Source: Oikopleura dioica
Lineage: Eukaryota; Animalia; Chordata
NCBI GenBank assembly: GCA_907165135.1
Contig: OU015566.1
Coordinates: 5,394,001-5,458,000, forward strand
Direction of reading: 5' to 3'
Length of the DNA stretch: 64,000 nt
Made by a program: the position numbers and the translations under genes. The notes below the pieces were generated by a model, which was not told the DNA's origin, did not search any database, and saw only the letters and a program-made list of their open reading frames with translations. This document shows positions 39,301 through 52,599 of the stretch, piece by piece. The first letter of the stretch is position 1. Every line of letters starts with the position of its first letter.

Positions 39301-40104
39301 GGCACCGGAGCGCGCACGTAAAAGCAAGTAAAATAATTTCCTCCGCACGAGATTTTCGGTACTTCATCGAAATTTGCCTTTTACAGAAAGAAAACGCACT
39401 GAAGCACTTGAAATTAAATTACAGTCCCCAATTTTGAACAAACAAGTCGCTCACAAAGCCGTTCTCTTTGTGTAAAATGACGGGGGCTTTTACGTGCGCG
39501 CTCCGGTGCCCCTGTCATTCTCGCCCCTACGGCGCACGTAAAATCTTCTAGACGCTCTGTTTTTTTTGCCAAAGTTTATGACACCTAGAAAATTTCAGTC
39601 AGTCCCATCCTTACAAGGTTACAGGTTACTCCACTTTTCTGTTCCAATTATTTCTACTCTCTTTAGTGTTCTGAAGAAGAGCTCTTTGCTCGAAAACGTT
39701 AAACACAATAAACTGATGGAAACCTTTTCTATTCATCAGTAAATTCAGAATTTGCCTATCTAATCAGGTTTTCCCACATTTTAGGTCACGGAAATCCCGA
39801 TTCTCGTCGACCCCCTTCTTTAGAATTCCCACCGCGGAGGAGAATACCGGAAAAATAAATTTTCCTTTTTGAAAATGAATTTCCTTCAATTAATCCTAGG
39901 TGGGGCGCTTTCGATTCCTCCACTTCCTGCACGGAAAAAGTGGGAAGTCCGCCGTGGGACCAGTGCTGTGGAAATTACCCTGAAAGGATGCCTTACGCTT
40001 CGACGGGCACGAGAGCTTGCTGTAACGGGAAGACCTTCGAGAAAATCTTCAACCAGTGTTGCAATGATAGAGTCATTTCAAAGGGAAACACTTGTAACGC
40101 TTGA
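36378..40104 (+). CDS. Large secreted protein: Lys/Arg-rich region, Thr-rich linker, catalytically degenerate phospholipase A2-like domain and Cys-rich tail
   Basis: YGCHCF..GKGVPKDEIDK/TCRKLGMCYHC, ..CQRNICECDRQ, and terminal CCGNYPERMPY..CCNGK..CCND. The HD dyad is absent. Start approximate. Confidence 0.7.
39084..39722. mobile_element. Foldback element with ~240 bp near-perfect inverted repeats, in intron
   Basis: 39084-39326 versus 39486-39722 with a ~160 bp spacer. Direct repeat ccttttctattcat at 39042 and 39723. Outer 15-bp IR ggggtcgacgagaat (38767) / attctcgtcgacccc (39800). Confidence 0.88.
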
Positions 40105-41183
40105 GTGGACTGGAAAATTCGAAAGGAATGGTGTTTACAATGTCTATTTTTGTATTTTTATTCAAATTACCCCGCGTCATAATTATACTTGTTATACGTT
40201 TTTATCAGCAATTTAACGCCTCACCTCCTCTACAAAAATACAATTAAAGAAATCGAATTCTGAACACCATAAAAGAAATGAAAACAACATTTCTCCATCC
40301 TCGCATTTTCCAGCTATAGCTACACCTTCCCTTCGTCATGAAATCATTTCCCGAAAGTCCCCGCCAAACAGCCTGCCTGCCCCCAAAAAAATCATGTTCC
40401 GCCGCCAATCTGATGTAAATAACCTCCAGAAAAAAATCTACATTGAAATAAAATTATCCTACCCGATTGGCAGCCGTAAATTTTCAAACGCGGAAATTCA
40501 AAAGTTCCTGGGAGACGAAAATTTACGAGCGAACTGAGAAAATAATCAACGTTGGAGCTTTTTTGAAAGCGATTTCAGTCAAATTAACAACTGTATTTTA
40601 TTGTGAATAAATATCAAAAAACTCCATTGCGCTCTTTGACATAAAGCTCACTTATGCATTAATCGATATTAAAATTCGACTAATTGGCATTCGAAAAAGG
40701 CTTGACCAAGGGGAGTAAAGCAAAAAGGACATAGATATGAAGGTCAACTGTGAATTAAGCGTAAATGTTAGCTCTAATTAATAATTGAGTTCGAAATGTC
40801 GGACGATTAAATTTTCGGAAAGAAAAATGAAAAGCTCGGGCTTTTCGATTATTTTTTTTCGAAAAACATATATATGGTCGCATAAGCTTGAGATCGGTGT
40901 CAAAATCGAGACCTGCTTTATTCATATCCGTAGATATTTTTCTAATATAGCCAGTAACATCCAACCCTGAATAGGTTTCTATAAAAAATATTCTTATTTG
41001 GCGTCTTGACATTGTCTGTTCAAGTTCACCATCAAATTATGAATATGCTGCACTTGTCCATTTCGAAAAGTCAGCATGAGAAACTGCAGCCATCTGTAGC
41101 CGAATAAGTGAACAAAGGCTCTAGTGATTTTCGTTTCCTATAAAATGAAAGACAGAAAAAAAAGTTTCTTTCAAAGATCGAAA

Positions 41184-44100
41184 ATGAAGCTTTTTACGTT
41201 TCTTCTAAGATATTCTCTAGGAACGTTTGAGATTTTACCAGATATTTAAACGATTTCGAACAAGGATCAAAACTTTAAAAAGGCCAATTCTCTTCGTCCG
41301 TTCTTCACGATGACATCTTCTTTGAACCCTGCCAGGCGCGGTTCTTGGAGAACCACGGCTGGGAAATACCAGCAAAGCTGAAGAGTGATGGTATATGCAG
41401 CGTTTCTCCGGATTTTCTAGAGATCGATCTATGGGACGATCATTATGACGCGAGAAACAATAAATATGTCATCCCATTTTATGTCTCGAAGGGATTCGAA
41501 AACTCAACTTACCTTGACGAGTTCGAAAATCTCTTCACGGGCGACTCAGCAATAGCAGAAATTAGAAAACAAGCTCAAGATTTTAATGAGAACACGTGTG
41601 TGAAATTCGTTGAGATTTCCGAGGCTGATCTTTCAAAGTATCCTACTGCTTTTAAAATCGAGGAAAATGCCGATCCTGAATTTCCTTGCGTGGCGTTTTT
41701 GGGAAAACAAGCGAATCAAACCCTGCGAATGCGCCCAGATTGCCCGAAAAAGAACGATGGAACAGGAGTTTTGCATCTTTTCATGCATATTCTTGGCTTT
41801 AATCACGAATCAAGTAGATTTGATAGAGATGATTTTGTTGGGGTCAATCAGAAATTTTCCAAAACAACGGAGTTTTTCAAGATTCCCAAAGAATACGGCG
41901 CTTTATATGATGACTACGATTTCAACTCAATCTTGCATCATCCAGCATACCTCGATCAAGAAGGCTTGCCAAACATTTATGCTCCTCCTCGACCGAGTCA
42001 ACTAGCACCTGTTAATCTTCATGCTCCATTTTCCGCGTCTGATCTTCTCAAAATCAAACTCAGATATCCCTGCTTGGCAACAAGTGAATGCTTGCGAGAC
42101 CCACCGCCATGCGGCATTAGCTCAAACTTGTGTGAAAATACTCCCAGCGGTTTCACCTGCATTTGCGCTGATGGATTTGAGCTGAACAATGGAACCTGTG
42201 AAGACATCAATGAGTGCGTCGATCCAGATTTTAACACGTGTGCAAACCCTGCGGACTGTAGGAATATCCATGGCGGTTTTCGCTGCAGTCGAAAGAAAGT
42301 CGACATCGTTTGGCTAATCGATGGTACTGGCCCATACAAAAAGTACCAAAATGCAGCCAAGAGTGCATTCAAAGAGCAAGTCGAATTTCTCCTTAACCTT
42401 CAAGAAACAGACGAAAAATATGACTCGTTTGAGTTTCGAATGGGAATGACATTTTTTGCGGACAGACGTTTTGCTCAAAATGAGATGATTTCCACAACAA
42501 GAAGAGTTTATCAAGCTGATCTGGCATTAACAGATGTTAATGATTATTCCTTCGATAAGTCATATGATGATGCTTTTTCAAAAATAAACAGTATGTATAA
42601 CGGTGGAGATGATCAAGAAGGTAAATAACTAAATTATGTAGATAATTAGATATGAAGTATTCATAACCTTAAGATCCCCTACTTGGAATAATTTTCACAA
42701 TGACAGACCCCACAATCGGCTGGGCTTCAGACTCAATCAAGCAGGTCCATGTCTTTACCGACGTCGACTATCATTTCGAGGCCCTCTCGTCCGACCACCC
42801 TCCCCTTGAAAAGTGGACGTATCAGCCCTCAACGCTGTATACTTATTACGACAGAGATCTCACGAATGACTTCACTTTTGGCTTCGTGCGAAATTTGAGC
42901 AGCTCGGTTATTGATTATTCATACCGACCAGAAATTGCCATTTCTCAGCTTTATTTCAATGTTGCTGGTAAAAGCACATATTTAAACTTAACTTTTATAT
43001 GCCAAGGAACAAACAACGCGTACAAAAGAGCCTACGATTTTTTTACAAATGGAATTCCGCAAAATTTGGAAAACTGGATGTCTGTTGATCCTACAAGGAC
43101 TAACAAAGATTTCGTGTTCAACCTGGATGCATTTAAACGAAATATATCTGAGCATAATAACCAGAGTTCATTAAATCTGATAGCGATTAAAACCCTTATT
43201 ATCTGATAATTCGATATACTCGATGAAAAAATTTACGTAACTCATTGAAGCATTGCAGATCAATTCGCTCAAATGGAAGAAATCATCGTCGAAGCCGTCG
43301 AGGAATCTCTTGAGATCGACAACTTCATTGATTTTTGTGCGGTGAATCCTGATCAGTGCCACCCAAATGCCTCTTGCGAAAACCACGAAACAACTGTAAA
43401 CTGCACTTGTAATGAAAAATTTGAGGGCGATGGTTTCTACTGCTCACCGATTAATCCTTGCAAAAACAATCCATGTGATGCTGCAACGGAGAAATGCTTA
43501 TTTACCGGTCCCGACGAGTAACATGTTCATTGAATAGTCACAAAAGCAAAGTCTCATTTTAGGTATTCATGCGAGTGCAAATCCGGCTTCAAGAAAGCCG
43601 ATAGGAGCGGATGCGAAGAAACGGGTTTCATAAGAATTCTATTGATATTCTCCATTAATGGACTGAATCAAAAACTCGTTGAAAGACATTGATGAGTGTG
43701 AGATCAGCAATATTTGTCCTCTTGGCAACACATGCGAAAATACTTTCGGAAGCTACAATTGTCACTGCAATCAAACAGGATGGTTTTTAGCTGATGATAT
43801 TTGCGTCCAAGGCTCTATCTGTGATAGTTTCGCGAATATTTGCGGTGACGACATGTATTGCAGTGATATTCAGATTAACGGAACAAGCCGGGACTATGAT
43901 TGCAGGATAATCACGACAACAACTTCCAATACTACAACGACTTCTACTCCAATAACAACAACGTCTACAACAACTACAACGCCTACAACAACTACGACAC
44001 AAACGACAACTTCTACCACAACGACATCGACTACTACTACTACAACAAGCTCCACTAATTCAATGACAACGACCTCAACGACAGCTTCGACAACAACAAC

Positions 44101-44260
44101 TTCCACCATTACGACTACCACAATGAGAACTACACTGTCTTCTGCTACAACCACACCAATAACAACGACGTCAACGAAAGCTTCTGAAACAACAACCAGT
44201 GCTGACATTAAAAACGGAATCGATCTGACTTTACTCCTTATTTTCTCCATCTTTATATAA
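41184..44260 (+). CDS. Astacin-like pseudo-metalloprotease - EGF - vWA - EGF - long Thr-rich stalk - C-terminal anchor, copy 1
   Basis: ENTCVKF, HLFMHILGFNHESSRFDRDD, YDFNSILHH, cbEGF DINEC, vWA DIVWLIDGTG..GGD..VFTD. Confidence 0.88.
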
Positions 44261-44854
44261 TTAATTGCCCGAATCTCAAATCGAAATAACAATCATCTTA
44301 TCTATCTTATGATCATTTCTTAATAAAAAGCGATAATCACAGTATTTGAAAGTTGCCTGGGTATTTGTTTTGCTTTAATCTTTAAAATCCATGTGAACGA
44401 CAACATTTTGAAATGTTTGGATATCTGGATGATTTTCTTTTTACACTCAGCATCCTACCTTAGGAATATTTCAAGTCAAATAATCTTGAAATCTAAATAA
44501 AACTGGCTAACATTGTCTCATATAGGAAAGGCCAGCTGAAGAGTCACTCAACGAACCCATGAGATAACAAACTGACATCAACATTCTCGATGTTGACACT
44601 TTGAATGACCGGCGTTCTCAAGCGTCGAGCACATCCGAATACAGTATGGCAGCATGAAGAGAATATTTTGTTAGCTTAGGACTAAATTCGAAATGCAGTT
44701 ATGCCGTCACAATTCTGCTGCGGCGCAATTTTCCAGCCACATCCGTGCTGCGTCCTTTTTATCAAGGCGCAATAACGCAAGTCAATATATGCTCAAGTGG
44801 TTATCTTTTCCTATAAAATGACAGATGCAACGAAATTCCGCCAAAAGAGGCAAG

Positions 44855-47671
44855 ATGAAACTTTTATCTTCTTTTTTAGGAATTTCGATAGGAAAAGTTT
44901 TAAAGAGATTTTTGTTGCCCAAAAAAGCTTTCTCTTTGAAACTTGAAAAGCCCAATTCCCATCATCTGTACTTCATGACGACATCTACTTTCAATCATGC
45001 CAGGCGAAGTTCTTGGAAAACCACGGCTGGCAAATCCCTTCAACCTTGAAAAGCGATGAAGATTGCAGCGTTTCTCCTGACATCCTCGAAATTGCTCTGT
45101 GGGACGATCACTGGGATCCAAAGTACAAAAAGTACGTGATTCCCTTCTACTTCGCTGAGGGGTTTGAAGAGACGGCCTACTTCGACGAGTTTCAAAATCT
45201 CTTCACAGGGAAATCGGCGATAGCAGAAGTCAGAAAACAGGCGCAAGAATTTAAAGAAAATACATGTGTTGAGTTCCTTGAGATTTCTGAAACAGATCTT
45301 TCCGAATTTCCAACCGCGTTTAAAATCGACGAAATCGCTGATCCCGATTACCCATGCGTCGCTTTCTTGGGCCAGGAAGCGAATCAAACCGTTCACATGC
45401 GACCTGATTGCCCAAAAATGAATGATGGAACTGGAGTTCTTCATTTGTTCATGCACATTCTTGGATTTACTCATGAATCGAGCAGATTCGACAGAGACGA
45501 ACACATTGGCGTGAATCAAAAATTTTCCACGACAACTGAGTTTTCCAAGTTTCCACAAGAATATGGTGCGCTTTACGATGACTACGACTTCAGCTCGATC
45601 ATGCATCACCCGGCGTATCTTGATGAAGAAGGTCTACCGAACGTTCATGTTCCCTCTCGACCAAGTCAACTTGCACCAGTCGAAATGCAGCCTCCATTTT
45701 CCGAGTCCGACCTTCTCAAAATCAGCTTCAAGTATCCCTGCAACTCAAATAGCGAGTGCTTGCAAAATCCACCTCCTTGTGGTCACGGCCTGAATGATTG
45801 CGAAGACACCCCCGATGGATTCAAATGCATCTGCACCGATGGATTCGAGCTCAAAGACGGAGTCTGCGTTGATATCAATGAGTGCGTTGATCCAGAGCTG
45901 AACACTTGTTCCAACCCCGGCGACTGTATCAATACAGAAGGTGGCTTTCGCTGCGACCAGAAGAAGATCGACATCGTTTGGCTCATCGACGGCACTGGTT
46001 CTTACAAAAGCTACCAAGAAGATGCTAAAAAGGCTTTCAAAGATCAAGTCCGATTTCTCCAAAATCTTCAAGCTACAGACGAAAAATATAATGAATTCGA
46101 ATTTCGCATGGGAATGACATTCTTCGCGGACAGATTGTTTACTCAAAATGAGATGACTTCGCCAACAAACAAAGTGTACCAGGCTGGCCTTGCACTCAAG
46201 GATGTCAATGAATATTCTTTCGATAGTGCTTTTGATGCTGCTTTCGCAAAGATCAATGAAATGTACGGTGGTGGAGATGCTCCTGAAGGTCAGAGCAATT
46301 CTAATTTATGTGTTAAAAAAATCTCTTTCAGATCAATTGCTTGGAATCATTTTCACAATGACGGACCCGGAAGTTGAATGGGATGCTGACTCAATCAAGC
46401 AGGTCCATGTTTTCACCGATATTGACTATCACTACGATTCTCTCTCATCTCGACATCCTCCGCTGCGGAAGTGGACAAATCAGCCCTCATCTTTGTATAC
46501 TTTTTACGACAGAGACCTTGCAAACGACTTCACTTTTGGCTTTATCCGTGATCTCGAAATCGCTGGGATCGACTTTTCTTACCGACCCAAAATCGCAATT
46601 GACCAGCTTTACTTCAATGTCGCTGGTAAAAAGAGAAGTCGAAGCATTTTCACTAGATAAAATTTAGGATCCGAGAGCTCAAAGAGAGCTTACGACTACT
46701 TTACAAAGGGAATCTCTGGAACTCTAGAAGAATGGATGCCAGTTGATCCAACAAACGCCCGACAAGACATAGTTTTCAATCCAGATGCTTTCAAGCGAAA
46801 TATTTCTGAGCATGATAATTAGAGTTTCGGAAAATATCGAGCCAATTTTTCATCAAATATTTTTCACACAATGAACTAGTCTTCAAACTCAACACAGCAT
46901 CGAAGATCAATTTGCCGATATGGAGGAAATCATCATCGAAGCTGTTGAGGAATCTCTCGAGATCGACAACTTCGTCGATTTCTGCTCCTTAAGCCCTGAC
47001 CAGTGTCATCCAGACGCAAAGTGCGAGAATCAAGAAACATCACTCAGCTGCACCTGCAATGAAAAATTCGAGGGCGATGGCTTCTATTGCTCCCCGATTA
47101 ATCTTTGCAAAAACGATCCATGCGATGCTGTGTCGGAGAAATGCTTGTTTGCTGGTCCAGCAGAGTAAGAAACGAAAATCAGAACATGTTTTTAATTTCA
47201 GGTACTCGTGTGAATGCAAGTCTGGATTCAAAAAAGCGGAAATTGGGCAGTGCGAAGGAACGAGTTTTCTGTCTTACAATGTTCGTTCGGTAAATTTTCG
47301 TTGAAAAACTCGTTGAAGACATCAATGAATGTGAAAACAGCGATATTTGCCCTCTTGGCAACAGTTGCGAAAATACTGTCGGAAGCTACAAATGTAATTG
47401 TGATCAGCCAGGATGGTTTTTCGTCGAGGATATTTGCGTCCAAGGTTCGATCTGTGATAGTTTCGCGAACATTTGCGGCGATGAGATGGTTTGCAGTGAT
47501 GTTGAGATAAATGGAGAAATTCGGGACTACGAGTGCAAGTCGACAGCGACAACGACGACCGTCACCGAAAATATCGAGACGACAGCGGCGATGGAAACAA
47601 CAACCAGTGCCTATTTGAAAATCTCAATGAACATGATCATTTTCTTTGTATCTTTTATCCTTATGCAATAA
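44855..47671 (+). CDS. Astacin-like pseudo-metalloprotease - EGF - vWA - EGF, copy 2 (short stalk)
   Basis: Tandem paralog with the same exon layout. HLFMHILGFTHESSRFDRDE, YDFSSIMHH. Shared ttcctataaaatga TATA block upstream of both copies. Confidence 0.88.
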
Positions 47672-48022
47672 ATTAACTTGACTTTATTGAGTACAAGGAG
47701 GAGAATCTGACGCACATATTTTGCCCTACTTCAAGCTCTTCAAATTGACGAGGAAGCCCGAATGAATGATTGTCCATGGTGGGAGCATAAAATTGATAAC
47801 AAACTCTCTTAGTCGGTCTAAGTGATAGAGTCAGTAGTCAGACTTATTCAGCCGAGAATCAGTCCGACCAATCAAATCGAATTTCAAAGAGCTGTTCTTA
47901 TTTTTTATATTTTTCTTTATGTAAGGTTTCGAGAGTGAATAATTGATATTATCTGTTCAATAGAGTCTAATGACAATAGTGAACATTTGTAAAATCTGGA
48001 TAATTCAGAGTTTTGAGCAAAA

Positions 48023-50153
48023 ATGACAGAGGAGTTTCGTCGGTCAACTCTTGAGAAGATACGAGATCATCCAAATTCTCAAATTTTGTTCGAACTTATT
48101 TTCAAACGACTGCAACTCGAAGATCTTGCTTTGATAGCGCCGATTGTGTTGGAGAAAACCGATGATGGGTACGCCAGTTTCGATTCTATATCCAGCCCCG
48201 ATTTCTCGAGTTACGCTCTCAATCGTCATTACAAAAGTGATACTATTCTGGCGCTTGTCGGTGAAGAATTTTACAGAGAAAACGAAAGAAAACCTGAAAC
48301 ACTGTCAGAAGTCGCCCAGATCATCCAGAAAAGAATCGATTTGAGAAGCAATAGGAAAATTTTGGAGAAAAAGACCACGATCGAGTTCAGCACGGATAAG
48401 CCGCTCGTCAGATTCTCCCATTCATATGTAAGCAGCGCCTACTTCAGAACTCAAATTAACCAGATTTAGCTTGTTACAAACAATGAATCGAAGCCGAAAG
48501 GATTGGAGTGCGAGAACTCGGAGGATGATTTGCTTTTCTTCAAAATAAACCGAGAAAACACCGCACCGAAGCTAGAACTCGCCCATCCTTGGTTTTTGAC
48601 TAAAGATAATCCTTATTACTTATCAAAAATGATTTCAATGTGGCTTCATCTTCAAACTTCTCAAGGTTGTTTGAAAATCAAGGTCAGTTATAACATATTT
48701 TAGGCATTGAAAGCAATCCGGATGGGAAATGGACTTGGTGCCTCTCTGACAGTAATTTGAAGTTGCTTGACCACAACATTTCTCGACAGCGATCATGGCG
48801 AAATCTCACTGCTAACCTGCAAAGAAATATTCATCCCATTCTAAAGGAGAATCGACACCTGGAAAACAAGGAGAAGAATGAAATGCCCATGACAATCGAT
48901 TTTGTGAATTTTTCCGATGGCGACAGCAAATTGATCTGGGCATTTGATTTTGTCCGCACGGCGCGATATTACCAAGCAAGCCATATCAACATGAGATTTA
49001 TTGATGATGGCTTGTGGCTCCTGATGATCGATGTTTTTGACTCAGAGGGTTACGATAAGATACTCTTTATCAACTTGGAGAAAAAAGAAGTGAAGTCGTA
49101 CAGATTACCGCACCAATTTCTTGTGGCGTCAGCATCCTATGGTTTTTACGAATCTTCTCTTTACTATGTGCGAGAAGTTGGTTATTCATTCAGCGACGGA
49201 GAAAAATACCTTGTATTGGGGTATTTTTACAAGGAAGAACTAGACGATTGGGTTGATCCTGATTGTTTGAAGCATCTTTGTTTCTTTGAACGAGGCGATT
49301 TGACGAAAGAGTCAGTCCTAAAAATCGGAACAAAGGGATTAATTCATATCGTTATGGACCCAACTGAATCACGAGTCTTCACAGTCACAATTGACCAGAT
49401 AAAAGGGGGGGTACTGAATAGCGCCGCCTTGCGCCGCCTTGCGCCGCCTAGCGCCGCCTTGCGCCGCCTTGCGCCGCCCTGCGCCGCCCGGTTCGGTACA
49501 AACCGGGTCACGTCTGACCAAATCCTGACCAAACTTAATGATCGGAACAAGAGCGAGAGTTGGGCCCCGCCAACCCCATGAGTTCTCTAACAGAAAATGC
49601 GCGCGTAAGGGCCTTTGGCCCGTCGCGTGCTTAATAAATTGATGATTTTATGCCAAAATATGGAGATAATTTTGACTCCTGCTAATTACACCCTAAATTA
49701 TACGTTTTCTTTTTTCTGATGGTCAGACTATTCAAATATACCAGAATAAACGATTTGATAAGAAAATAGAAAAAATCATCATTGAAACGCCGAAAATCTT
49801 CGAGAAGAAAAATTTTAAGCAGGACTGGGCGGCGCAGGGCGGCGCAAGGCGGCGCAAGGCGGCGCTAGGCGGCGCAAGGCGGCGCTATTAAGTGACTCCC
49901 GATAAAAGAGCTTCTTCTTGAGGCTGATGAGTGCACGTGCAATTTCGGCTTTAATGTTGACTGGTGGTACGATGTCCCCGCGAAAGCAACTTTGCCATTT
50001 ATCAAACTCGGTAGGCAGATTTTTCCCGCCTAAGAATTTACAAATTTAGATGAACTATGCATCACAAAATACGAAGATTTGTCGGAAAATCTTGACCCTG
50101 AGCAGTCTGATATCGGCTACATGGATGGCAACAAGCTTCATTTCCTCGTCTGA
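48023..50153 (+). CDS. Orphan protein, tandem copy 1, interrupted by MITE at 49406-49900
   Basis: High similarity to 50360-52004. Removing the MITE plus one TSD restores IDQIKELLLEA, matching IDEIKKLLLEA in copy 2. Confidence 0.75.
49406..49900. mobile_element. 495-bp MITE with GG termini, 10-nt subterminal repeats (GCGCCGCCTT)n and 8-bp TSD (Merlin-like)
   Basis: TSD GATAAAAG at 49398-49405 and 49901-49908. TIRs ggggggtactgaatagcgccgcc.. / ..ggcggcgctattaagtgactccc. Absent from the paralog. Confidence 0.92.
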
Positions 50154-50359
50154 ATTGTCGAAAACCAATAGAAACATTCATTCCGTTGAGTTTTACAGGC
50201 GAAGTTTTTTTGCGACTTTATTGCATTAAGATTTAACTGAGCTTTTATTTTATTGTGAAAGAATAAAAAAAAAAGAAAATTTGTGAAAGAAATTCAGAAT
50301 TGATATTTGACAGATTTTGAAAGTGAATATTTGTAAAAAATATATAATTCAGAGTGAAA

Positions 50360-52004
50360 ATGACAGAGGAGTTTCGTCGGTCAACTCTTCAGAAGATACG
50401 AAATCATCCAAATTCTCAAATTTTGTTCGAACTTATTTTCAAGCGATTGCAATTCGAAGATCTCGCCCTGATGGCGCCGATTGTTTTGGAGAAAACCGAC
50501 AATGGGTACGGCACGTTTGATTCTCTATTCAGCCCCGATTTCTCCAGTTACGCTCTCAATCGTCATTACAAAAGTGATGCTATTCTGGCGCTTGTTGGTG
50601 AAGAATTTTACAGAGAAAACGAGAGAAAACCCGAAACACTGTCAGAAGTCGCCCAGATCATCCAGAAAAGAATTGATTTGAGAAACAACAGGAAAAATTT
50701 GGAGAAAAAGACCACGATCAAGTTCAGCACGGATAAGCCGCTCGTCAGATTCTCTCATTCATATGTAAGCAGCAACTACTTGAGAACTTTAATCACCGGA
50801 TTCAGCTTGTTACAAATAATGAATCGAAGCCGAAAGGATTCGAGTGCAAGAACTCGGAGGATGATTTGCTTTTCTTCAAAATAAACCGAGAAAACACCGC
50901 ACCGAAGCTAGAACTCGCCCATCCTTGGTTTTTGACTAAAGATAATCCTTATAACTCATCAGAAATGGTTTCAATGTGGCTTTATCTTCAGACTTCTAAA
51001 GGTTGTTTGAAAATCAAGGTCAGTTATAACATATTTTAGGCATTGAAAGCAATCCGGATGGCAAATGGACTTGGTGCGTCTCTGACAGTAACTTGAAGTT
51101 CCTTGACCACAACATTTCTCGACAACGAACATGGCGAAATCTCACTGCTTACCCACAAAGAAATATTCATCCCATTCTAAAGGAGAATCGACACCTGGAA
51201 GACAAGGAGAAGGATGAAATGCCAATGACAATTAATTTTGTGAATTTTTCCAATGGCGAGAGCAAATTGATCTGGTCATTTGACTTTGTCCGCGCGGGGT
51301 CATATTACCAAGCCAGCCATATAACCACGAGATTCCTCGATGATGGCTTGTGGCTCGTGATGATCGATGTTTACGACGTAGAAGGCAACGATAAGATACT
51401 ATTCTTCAACCTGGAGAAGAAAGAAGTGAAGTCGTACCAATTACCGTACCAATTCATTGTTTCGTCAGCGTTCTATGGTTTCTCCGAGTCATCTCTTTAC
51501 TATCTGAGAGAAGCTGACAATCCATATGGCGGGGAGGATAAATACCTTGTATTTGGATATTTTTACCGAGAAGAGAGGTTAACTGACACCTTTGAAAGAC
51601 ATCCTGATTTGTTGAAGCATCTTTGTTTCTTCGAACGAGGCGAATTGACGAAAAAATCAGGCCTCAAAATTGGAATCAAGGGATTGGTGCATCTCGTTTT
51701 GGACCAATACGACACCGAATCTAAGGTTTTTACGATCAAGATAGACGAGATTAAAAAGCTTCTTCTCGAGGCTGAAACGTTCACATGCGAGCTCAGCTTT
51801 CCTGGTCAATGGTTTCCTGGTGATGTCCCGGCGAAAGCAACTTTGCCACTTATCAAACTTGGTAGGCAGATTTTCCCCGCCTAAGAATTTACAAATTTAG
51901 ATGAACTATGCACCACAAAATACGAAGATTTGTCAGAAAATCTTAACCCTGAGCAATCTGATATCGGCTACATGGATGGCAACAAGCTTCATTTATTCAT
52001 CTGA
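50360..52004 (+). CDS. Orphan protein, tandem copy 2 (uninterrupted)
   Basis: Multi-exon ORF MTEEFRRSTLQKIRNHP...GYMDGNKLHLFI*. No family recognised. Confidence 0.75.
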
Positions 52005-52599
52005 ATTGTCAAAAACCAATAGAAACATTCATTCCGTTTAGTTTTACAGGCGAAGTCTTTTTTGCGACTTCCTTTTATAGGTTTTTTATTTTGAATAAAG
52101 CAACAAAAAATCTTTGGGCATGTGTCTTATTAATAAATATTTATTTTGCACAGTGTAGAATTTTGATTAGGGTTAGGTTTCTTTTGATTTGCGGCATTAC
52201 GAAGATAAGGAAGAAATAAGGAAATGTACAGTAGAAATAGGGTTAATCAGGCGAATGAGCGGTGAAATCGATTTCGATTGAATTCTTCAAGAATGAAATT
52301 GGCTTTGGATAGGATTGAATGGAACAGGTTAGTTGGTGAAATGTTGCACAGATTGACTTTTGAAAGAGGCTTGAACCAGGAGGGCGGGAGGGAAGGATGA
52401 AGTCATGAAGGTCAGCGTAATTGATTCGGCGTAAAGTTTAAAGCTAATCGAGATCGAAAAGTCGATCGGTGGATTTTTTGGAAGAAAAATGTGAATCTAA
52501 GTTTTTATGGCAGAATTTGAGGTGTGTTTTCATAACGGATTTTATGGAATTAAAATTGATCTGAAATCTACGACTTACCAGAATTACAGAAATTCTTAG

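Noticed and set aside
43894-44292. Val-rich antisense ORFs (also 37532-37918 and 7510-7746)
   Set aside because: Reverse-complement shadows of Thr-rich coding regions.
45040-45609. 189-aa antisense ORF over astacin copy 2
   Set aside because: Not preserved in the paralog and has no motifs. Shadow ORF.
49421-49581. SAALRRLAPP repeats at the end of ORF 48757-49581
   Set aside because: Translation of the MITE subterminal repeats, not a protein repeat.
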